Under the pieces are notes generated by a model. That model saw only the letters and a program-made list of their open reading frames with translations, had not been told where the DNA came from and did no database searches. From Octopus sinensis (taxonomy: Eukaryota): a stretch of 64,000 nucleotides of DNA. The position numbers were made by a program, and so were the translations under genes. The DNA lies in NCBI RefSeq assembly GCF_006345805.1, contig NC_043000.1:38874001-38938000 (forward strand). Direction: 5' to 3'. Shown piece after piece: positions 54,207 through 64,000 of this stretch. The stretch's first letter is position 1. Each line of letters starts with the position of its first letter.

Positions 54207-54392
54207 CTGTCTTTGCACAGCTTCTAGCGCTGAGGATGTACAACAGTGTCAGCTGTTCATTACCAGTGAACTAAGGTAACACCCCTTATTTTTCGAGCAC
54301 CTTCCGGAGTATTCGAGCGGTTCCAAGCAGTGCTGTTTTCTGCAAGTGCTCCACCCTTATTGCAGCCCCTATTTATTCCATGTATTTCTCAA
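54207..54392 (-). mobile_element. Short R4-like 3' end
   Basis: EKYME*IGAAIRVEHLQKTALLGTARILRKVLEK*, UTR, then (TAA)n. Confidence 0.8.
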
Positions 54393-54899
54393 TATTTTTG
54401 TGGTAGAATCACCGAAAACATGGAGCAGTTCTTCCGTTTCTTTACATCCTCAGTTCAAATTCCAGTGATATTAACTTTATCTTTCATCTTTTTGAGGTCG
54501 ATAAAGATATGCACTACTCGTATACCGGATTCAGCTAATCCATCCTCTCAAAATTGTTTGTCTTATGCATAAATCAGAAAGAATTATAGAACATAATGGC
54601 GATGGATTTGCACAAACGTTGGAGAATCGAAAATAAATACCTTGTAACATTAGTTCAGCCACGACTTGATTGCTTCTTTTTTTATAGGTTGAGTAAACAT
54701 CTAATTACACTCGTTAACTTTAAAATTTTCCTTGATGTTAAAATAAAATTTTGATTTTATTATTTCTATACTCTTTTGTCGGTAAATGAGTACCAGTCAT
54801 ATATTGGTGTAGATATAGCTGACTGTATTTCCTTCCTACATAAATATATTTAACCTCGTCCCAATCTTAGAAACCACAGTTATTATTAGTAATCGGCGT

Positions 54900-55285
54900 T
54901 TTGAGGTCAAATTCCACCGTGATCTAACTTAGTTTTTTATCCTTTCGGGGGCGGGGGTGATCAAATAAGTACCAATCAAGTACTGGGATCGATGCAATCG
55001 ACTTCCTCCTTCCCTTAAAAATTGCTGGCCCTGTGCCAGAATTTGAAGCCATTATTTATTATTATTAAGTCGGCAAGCTAGCCACATCGTTAGCAGGACG
55101 GGCAAATTGCTTAGCGGCATTTCGTCTGCCTTTACGTTCTGAGTTCAAACCCCGCCGGGATCGACTTTGCCTTTCATTCTATCGGGGTCGATAAAATAAC
55201 TACGAGTTGCGCACTGGGGTCGATGTAATCGACTTACCCCGTCTCCTAAACCGAAATTGCTGGCCTTGTGTCAAAATTTGAAACC
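54900..55285 (+). mobile_element. Two tandem SINE family A copies
   Basis: Repeated cttt.....tcgggg..gat.aaataa.tac...gggtcgatgtaatcgac...tgctggcc.tgtg.ca.aatttgaa. Confidence 0.85.
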
Positions 55286-55773
55286 GTAGATTGATCGATA
55301 TGCGATAAACCAAACACCCCTTTAATTCTGAAAATGCCAATGTTACGTTGCTTTTGGTAAAACTTCATTACTCTTAGCACCAAGTTCTTTAAATATTCTT
55401 CCCATTTTCTCATATTTTCTTTTAGGTTTTTTTTTTTCACTTCGTATTCAGTCCAGCATCACCGGTCATTCCCTCTTGTGGTGATGGTGGTGGTGGTGGT
55501 CGTCGTCGTCGTGGGGATATTGATAAACACCTTCCGTACACACCGAGATCGATGATTCAATCAACAATTCTCTTGCTACGTTAAATGTGTGGCCTGATGC
55601 CAGTTTTACCAATTTATTGTTTTATATATCATTAGAGTCGAGCCAAAATTATTAAGGAATATATTTTACAACATGGATAACAAACATCCCATTTTGCTGA
55701 CGGAAATTCCTAACTTGAAAAAAAATTCTCTGAGTAATCAATCTTACGTTTGCGACAGCGATCTTATGTATAG

Positions 55774-55804
<31 letters not shown>

Positions 55805-56069
55805 CCATCCAAGCTTGCCAAGCCCACCTTCATTAAGAATCTGTGATTCAAGGTATTTCAAATGTGACTGTCACATATAATTTGGGACTGAATTAGCGCC
55901 ATTTGTTGAAGATTCGGTTTCTAATTTTAGCGGGGCTCTTTCCTATGTTGGCCCCCTACCGGCATTCGCTGAAGATAAACATTTTACAACACTGCAATGA
56001 TCAGTCTGAAAAAAGTTCAACTTCTTCGTTAGCACTAGTCTAATGTCTAATAAAATAAGACGGCGGTGC

Positions 56070-56760
56070 CGATGGCGATGGTGATGATGATGATGATTAT
56101 GATGATGATGACGATGACGATGATGATGATTACGATGATTACGATGATTACGATGATGATGATGAGAAGGAGGAGGAGTATTATGATGATGATGATGATG
56201 ATGATGACGACGATGATGATGATGACGATGATGATGATGGTGGTAGTGGTGGTGGTGGTAGTGATGATGATGTTGATGATGAGGATGATGATGATGATGG
56301 TGGGGGTGTTGGTGGTGGAGTGATGATGATAATAATGATGTTGATGAGGAGGACAACGACGAAGGGCGATTAAGACGACGACAATGATGACGACAAGTGG
56401 CACAGTCGGCGTGAGAGAGAAGGCTGGCATTTAATTTTAGAGACACACATGCTGTTTAGGATCTGAAACCATATTTTCGCACTGAATTCACACCAAACAC
56501 TTTTCATTCTTGCAATCACATGGTACCTCTTTGCAACAGGGGTCAGCCTTTCCCTTTCTGGGGGCATTGCTTGATGCATCCTTATTGCTGTTGTTTCTCC
56601 TTTTTCATTGCTCTAAACCCAACACTTTTTTGTTTGTTGCTTCTCGTCCTTTCATTTAGCTCTAAATGTCTTGGGGACCATATCATCATAGTCATCATCA
56701 TCATCATCATCAACATCATCATCGTCGTCGTGGTCATCATCATCGTCGTTGTCGTCGTCG

Positions 56761-56823
<63 letters not shown>

Positions 56824-56842
56824 TATTATTATTATTATTATT
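56070..56842. repeat. (ATG)n / (CAT)n / (TTA)n triplet microsatellite cluster
   Basis: Direct observation. The (ATG)n and (CAT)n blocks are mutually inverted. Confidence 0.9.
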
Positions 56843-56844
56843 AA

Positions 56845-57511
56845 GTCGGGGAGCTGGCAGAATCGTTAGCACGCCGGGCAAAATGCTTAGCAGTACTCTG
56901 TCTGTCGCTTCGTTCTGAGTTCAAACTCCGCCGAGGTCGACTTTGCCTTTTACTACTTCGGGGTCGATAAAATAAGTACCAGTGAAACACTGGGGTTAAT
57001 GTAATCGACTTAGGCCCTCCCCATCACCCAAATGGCTGCCCTTGTGGAAAAATTTGGCGGACGTATTAGAACACAGGATAAAATGCTTAACGGTATTTCT
57101 TCCGGCTTTAAATTCTGAGTTCGAATTCCGCCGAGGTTGACTTTGCCTTCCATTTTTTTTTTTTTTTTGGTGGGGTCGATGAAAACTCACGAGTTGAGCA
57201 CTGGGGTCGATGTAATCGACTTACCGGTCCCCAGAAGTTTCAAGCTTTTTATCTATAGTAGAAAGTATTATTAAGAGGCGGTGAGCTGACAGAATCGTTA
57301 GCATGCCGGGTGAAATGCCTAGCGGCATTTCGTCTGTACTTATGTTCTGAGTTCATATGCCACCGAGGTCAACTTTGCCTTTCACCCTTTCTGGGTCGAT
57401 AAATTAAGTACCAAAGAAACACTGGGCTCCATGTAATCCACTAGTTCCCTTCCCCAAAATTTCAGGTCTTTTGCTTATAGTAAGAAAGGATTATTATTAT
57501 TATTATTATTA

Positions 57512-57604
<93 letters not shown>

Positions 57605-57845
57605 TAATAATAATAATAATAATAATATTAATATTTGCCGAATTCTTCGAGTACCGGGCAAAATGTTGGCGGTGTTCTCGCCGACTCTTCACCTTCTGAG
57701 TTCAAATGCCACTGAGGTCGACATTCCCGTTCATCCATTCAGTTTTTGATAAAAATAAGAACCAGTCAAACACTGGAGTCGAAAGTATCAACTAACGCCC
57801 GACCCTTGGATTTACTACCGTTGGGTCCTTATTAGAAAGAACTAT
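56845..57845 (+). mobile_element. Four head-to-tail SINE family A copies
   Basis: Heads at about 56845, 57056, 57277 and 57636, each with gagttcaaa/gagttcgaa-like B box and the shared central domain. Confidence 0.85.
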
Positions 57846-59146
57846 TATTGTGATGATATTGAGTTCGCGTTTGTGGTACAAGCGTACGCATATTACACTG
57901 GAATTTGCCAATAAAGCGAACAATATTAAATATTTTCTATTTTCCTCTTTCATCACAATATCAGCCACCTCATATATATATATATATATATATATACATA
58001 CATTCACACATATATATATACATAAATATATATATATGTATATATATATATATTCATATGTGGGTATAAATATATATGCAGACACACACATACACACAAA
58101 CACACACACACACATTCATATATATGTGTGCGTGTATAAGTATATATGCAAAAACCACATGCACACAGACACACACACATATATATGCACAAATATATGC
58201 ATATATGTATGTATAATATTGTTTAATACTAACTGTGTTTAGCAATAAGTAGAGTAATGCTCGCCTTGGCTACAACTTGTTACTCGTTTTGTGAGGACAG
58301 ATCTAGTATTCCATCGTCGTCTGGATCGGCCGCAATAAATGTACATTATTGGTAGTATTTTCTTTGTCAAGACTAGAATCATAAATTGCCAAAGTCAGCC
58401 CCAGCCGAATTGGAGCTTTCATCTCAGACAGGGCACTCTGGGCCTGTCTTGTACACTGTATAGAAACATGAAATATTCATAATAATAATAATCCTTTATG
58501 ATTTTGGTACAAAGCCAGCAATTTTGAGGGGAAGGGTTCATCGATCACATAGACCCCACCACACCCCACCGACACCCAGACCTCGGTTTGTACTTTATGT
58601 TCCACCGACAGGGATGCAAGGCAAAGTCGAACTCTGAAAATAAATAATGCAGATAAAGGATTTTTGCCGATGCGCTAGCGATTTTCCCATCTACCCACCT
58701 TCATCGTGATAATAATCATGATAATAATAATAATAATAATAATAAAGGAGGAGAAGGAGGGGGTGGAAGAGGAGGAAGACGGTGGTGATGAGGATGATGA
58801 GTTACGTTATTGGGCACAAGGACGGATGATGGTGGGGGACAGTACGAAGATGAAACGGATGGCAAAAACAACTAGTAGTAGTAGTGGTTGTAGTAGTAGT
58901 TGTAGTAGTAGTTATAGTAGTAGTAGTAGTAGTAGTAGTATAGTCAAATTGGTTGATGTGGAGGATTTCGGGGGGGGGGGGCTGAGTATTCCTGCGGATA
59001 ATTTGCACTCCCCATTTTGCTTTTTTAATTGCAGTTATTGTTGTTATTGTGGTAATTGCAGCGTGGTGGTAGTGGTTGCGGCGGCGGAGGCGGTGGTTGC
59101 AGTGGTGGTGTCGGTGGTACTTGTTGCAAGTGTAACATATAAATAT

Positions 59147-59189
<43 letters not shown>

Positions 59190-59279
59190 CATATATATAT
59201 ATATGCATATATATATATATACATATATATATATTATATGTGTATATATATATATTATATATATATATATATAATATAT

Positions 59280-59317
<38 letters not shown>

Positions 59318-59516
59318 GTATATATATATATGTATATATATGCAGATATACGGCTAATATTGTATGTATATGTTTATGTACGTACAGTGTGTTTATAATT
59401 CGTATAAAAGTCTTACCTTAAGGTTATTCTTCGCAAACACACCAACTGTTGAAATTCTCTGCCTTTCCGTAAGCAAGACATCAGGTAGGGGAAAGCATCA
59501 GATAATAATAATAATC

Positions 59517-59552
<36 letters not shown>

Positions 59553-59769
59553 TAATAATAATAATAACCGAAGCAATAAGAAATAAAAATTCACGTATAA
59601 TATGTAATATTTTCCGAAGCCGACTCGCTTTCTGATAGCAATACGTAGACAATTACTGTGTATATATGTGTCGTATTGTTGTATGTATATATATATATAT
59701 ATATTTATATATATAATTTTGAGAGAGTGGTATATATAACTGTTATGCGCGTATATGTTTTATCCGTTT

Positions 59770-59912
59770 GAGTCAGTCCGTTCGGTTAAGATACCGTTAT
59801 TCTCCTCTCATCCAGCAAGGATGTTGTTTCCCATGATGAAGCCGCGAAATCAACTAGTCTTCCAGAGACAGTTCTTCACTGCAGCAACCACAGCAGCGGA
59901 AGCAACACACGG

Positions 59913-59957
<45 letters not shown>

Positions 59958-60098
59958 CAGCAACAGCAGCAGCAGCACTAAAAACAACAACAGGAAAAAA
60001 AAAATCAACAACACCAACAACGACGGCAATAGATGCAACCCCGCTGCAGCCTGTTACAGTTGGTGCTTGCTAACTAACAAGACCTTGGTAGCAGCAGT

Positions 60099-60131
<33 letters not shown>

Positions 60132-60897
60132 TAGTAGTAGTAGTAAGATTATCAATATTTGTAGTCCGAGCGGTAATAAGCGACTCACTCGGAGAGGTAA
60201 GCCCCGCCACCAACACCATCACCACCACCACCACTACCTCCACCACCAGCCTCACGCCATCACATCACTCTCCGCACCCATACACACCCACACCTGTACA
60301 CACCCCACACCGCCTCCACCGCGACTCGATGAGACCGAGACTACGCGTCCCGGTTTCAATTCCAAGGTTAAAACTATTCCACTTTTATATTTTTATATGT
60401 CGCTAATCCATTTCCCCGACCCCTCCCCGGCTCTCGACCCGCCCGCTCCCCCACCGGTTCCCCCGACTGAAAATAGCATTAACGCCACCACGTCATATCC
60501 AACCATCACACCACCACCACCACCACCACCACCACCTTCCCCTTTAAATCTATGTCCTTCTTCCTTAACAAGGAAATCAATAGAACGAAGTCGATGACTG
60601 CTGCTGCTGCTGCTGTTGGTGCTGCTGGTGCTGACGATTGCTGCAGCTACTACTGCTGCTGCTGTTCTTGTCACCGCTGGTGCAAGGCACGTGGTGCTGG
60701 TGGCGCTGGTTGTGGGGCTGCTGCTGCCGCTGCTGGTGGTGGTGGTGCTGCTGCTGCCGATGGAGGTGGTGGTGGCTGCGGCGGCGGCAGCAGTGTTCCA
60801 CAGTGCACGTAGCTAGCATCCATCGCGATTCGATGAGAAGTTCTCGGTAAACCGAGAATCTCTGCTCTAGTTTCGACTCTCTTCCGTTTCTACGTAA
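59770..60897. other. GC/CpG-enriched, triplet-repeat-rich island; possible promoter or first exon
   Basis: Sharp GC rise, CAG/CAC/CTG/GGT runs, no SINEs, Inr-like tcagtc at 59773 and donor-like c|gtaagc near 60893. Confidence 0.4.
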
Positions 60898-60952
60898 GCT
60901 AATGGTATCAGGAAAGGCATAAACATCGTCACTCTACATTCCCCTTCTTCGA

Positions 60953-61001
<49 letters not shown>

Positions 61002-61207
61002 TCTCTCTCTCTCTCACCCTCTCTCTCTCTCTCTCGCTCTCTCTGTATACGTATCTACCTATACATATGTAGATATGTGTGTCAGTGTATATATATATAT
61101 ATACATACAAATATATACGTATGCATGTATATATATATATATATATGTAGATAGATAGATAGATATATGTATATGTATGTATATGTGTATATGTATGTAT
61201 ATATGTA

Positions 61208-61256
<49 letters not shown>

Positions 61257-61298
61257 GGTATGTATGTATATGTATGTATGTATGTATATATTATATAT

Positions 61299-61329
<31 letters not shown>

Positions 61330-61380
61330 GTATATATATGTGTGTGTATATATATATTTATATACATATATATGCCTGTG

Positions 61381-61438
<58 letters not shown>

Positions 61439-61794
61439 GTATGTATATACATATATGATTGTGTTTGTGGGTGTTTATGTGTGTAATTATGTGAACATCG
61501 CAGTGTGTATTGTGCGTTTATATTTGTTTATTTGCCAACACATATGCACAAACACATACGCGCGCACACACACACACTCGGACACGCACACGCACACACA
61601 CACATACCACACACACACATACATACACATGAGCGCTTGTTGTTTTTTCCTTAATATAATTTTTCCGATTCTGACGCAGTCTTGTGAATGATGCTAATGT
61701 TGTTTAACTCCAAGTCACACTTGTTTCAGCCAACCTATAATGAAAACTTTCCATCCGTGACCAACACACATTTGGTCACACATCTTTGCGTATT

Positions 61795-62015
61795 CTTTTA
61801 CTCGTTTCAGTCATTTGACTGCGGCAATGCTGGAGCACCGCCTTTAGTCGAACAAATCAGCCCCACAGGACTTATTCTTTGTAAGCCTTATACTTATTCT
61901 ATCGTTCACTTTAGCCCAACCGCTACGTTACGGGGACGTACACACACAAGCATCGGTAGTCACTCGATGGTGGGGGAGGGACAGACTCAGACACACAAAC
62001 AAACACACATACGCG

Positions 62016-62065
<50 letters not shown>

Positions 62066-62230
62066 AGTATGTATATACACGACGGGCTTCCTTCAGTTTC
62101 CCTCTACCAAATCCACCCACAAGGCTATGCTCGGTCCGAGGCTACTGTAGAAAATACTTGACCAATGTGCCATGCAGTGGGACTGAACCTGGAACCATGT
62201 GTTTACTTACCACACAGCCACTCCTGCACC
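61795..62230 (-). mobile_element. SINE family B, near full length
   Basis: Reverse complement of 63176-63626. Confidence 0.88.
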
Positions 62231-62452
62231 TGTCTACTACTTACCACAAACTCTTCCGTATTTTCCTTTTCTTCAGGGTATTCTAAGAGTGTGAATTGTG
62301 GGACACTTGACTGCTGCTTTCAGCATGTCGATCCATAATGCTGAGGCTTCCGATTTTGGCTGGTGTTCGGACCGTGTGCAGATATACGCAGCCAAAGTGG
62401 AATGAGAAAAAAAAATACAACCATTGATGTCATTTTATTTTGCCCTGTGATT

Positions 62453-62758
62453 GCGCCTGTATTAGTGGTTAAGGCATTCAGCTCACGATTGTAAGTGTGC
62501 GGGTTCGATTCCCGGCGGTGCTTTATGCCCTTGAGCAAGACAATATATTTCACGTTCCTCCAGTCCACTCAGTTGCCAAAAGTAATTCAAAGGGTCGGCC
62601 ATGTCACATTCAGTGCCATGCTGAATCTCACTGAAAGCTATGTTAACTGTACGCGTGTGTCTGTGGAGTACACAGCCACATGTACCCCGGTTTCACGAGA
62701 AGGCTCTCCTGTTGATTGAATCACCTGGAACGCTCGTCGTCGTAAGCGACGGAGTACC
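62453..62758 (+). mobile_element. SINE family C
   Basis: tagtggttaagg A box, gggttcgattccc B box, cccttgagcaagaca CORE-like, tail as in 4175-4502. Confidence 0.85.
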
Positions 62759-63175
62759 AGTCTGTTTTGCCCTGATATATCAGCACAACTACATTGTTTG
62801 AGGAATGTCAACATAGATTTACATATCAATGACGAACAAGTATCGATAAAGCAATACATAATTTAATTCTGTTGTGTGTTGTGTGTGTCTCTGTGTGCTT
62901 GCGCGCGTGTGTGTCTGTGTGTGTGTGTGTGTGTATGTGTGTGTGTGTGTTCCACTCAATGCTCGAGTGAGCGTGTGTGAGCGTGTTTACATATATATGC
63001 ATGTAGGTATATGCATATGTATGCATGAATGTATGTGTATGTGTGTGTGCATGTATATATATTATATATATGTAGTTACATGAATATATATATAGAGAGA
63101 AAGAGAGGTGCGTGCATGCATGCATGTTTGTACTTATATGGAATATATATACAAATGTACGTACGTATGTCTATA

Positions 63176-63305
63176 GGCGCAGGGGTAGCTGTGTGGCAAG
63201 TTGCTTGGTCAAGTCTTTTCTACTGTAGCCTCGAGCCGACCAAAGCCTTGTAAGTGGATTTAGTAGACGGAAACTGAAAAGAAGCCCGTATATATATAAT
63301 ATATA

Positions 63306-63357
<52 letters not shown>

Positions 63358-63373
63358 TATGTATGCATGTATG

Positions 63374-63416
<43 letters not shown>

Positions 63417-63626
63417 GTGTGTGAGTGTCTGTTTGTCCCTCCACTATTGCTTGGCAACCCATGTTGGTGTGTTTACGTCCCATAACTTAGCGGTTCGGCA
63501 AAAGAAAGCGATAGAATAAGTACTAGGCTTACAATGAATAAGTCATGGGGTCGCTTTGTTCGACTAAAGGCGGTGCTCCAGCATAGCCGCAGTCAAATGA
63601 CTGAAACAAATAAAAGAATAAAAGAA
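63176..63626 (+). mobile_element. SINE family B with internal microsatellite and deletion in the head
   Basis: ggcgcagggg..gtgtgg, gaccaaagccttgtaagtggatt, (TA)n/(TATG)n, ggtgtgtttacgtccc..aacttagcggttcggc, gcggtgctccagcat, (aaaagaat) tail. Confidence 0.9.
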
Positions 63627-64000
63627 TATATAATATATATGCGTGTGTGCATGTGTGTATATATATATATTTTTCATGTGCGTCTATGTATGTATATACA
63701 TATTATACACACATGCGTATATGCATACGTATATATTGGCGCGTGCGTAATTACGTAGTAAATAGTTTGCTTCTCCACCACATGGTTGCGGGATACATTG
63801 GGCGAACTGTGAAATGTAATGCTAGACTAAGCCACTCTCGAAAAGGCTTGTTTAGCGCGGTTGTCAATTTCTCTCTGTTTCCTTAATGGTATTTCTTCAG
63901 TTATGAATGATTATATGAGTTTCATCAGCAAAGGCCATGATTGAACGACACCTTAAATTCTACAAACCTCAATTATTGATGCTAGTTAATCCTTTGCTCC

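Overview
Eukaryotic, AT-rich, extremely microsatellite-dense DNA with one 100-N scaffold gap (30178-30277). The repeat families strongly suggest an octopus genome (inference from pattern recognition; no search was run). No host protein-coding gene can be firmly supported, and nearly all listed ORFs are translations of (TA)n, (CA)n, (CATA)n or (TAA)n tracts. The window is a mosaic of dozens of tRNA-derived SINEs from several modular families and decayed LINEs (R4/Dong-like and Hero-like RLE elements, CR1, RTE, RTEX-like, L1/Tx1-like). It also holds a Penelope-type GIY-YIG remnant, mariner and maT-like DNA transposon remnants and non-autonomous Helitron-like elements. Highlights: (1) short elements embedded in (TA)n tracts, mostly fold-backs, carry hammerhead-ribozyme motifs, including one essentially complete type I hammerhead (28717-28767) and a G3-C8 core-swapped variant; (2) a nest of five co-oriented R4/Dong-like 3' ends in (TAA)n arrays, with a 39-bp junction apparently copied by template switching; (3) a 75-nt pre-miRNA-like hairpin; (4) local fold-back duplications centred on (TA)n; (5) a GC- and triplet-rich island near 59.8-60.9 kb that may be a first exon. 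Boundaries of decayed elements are approximate.
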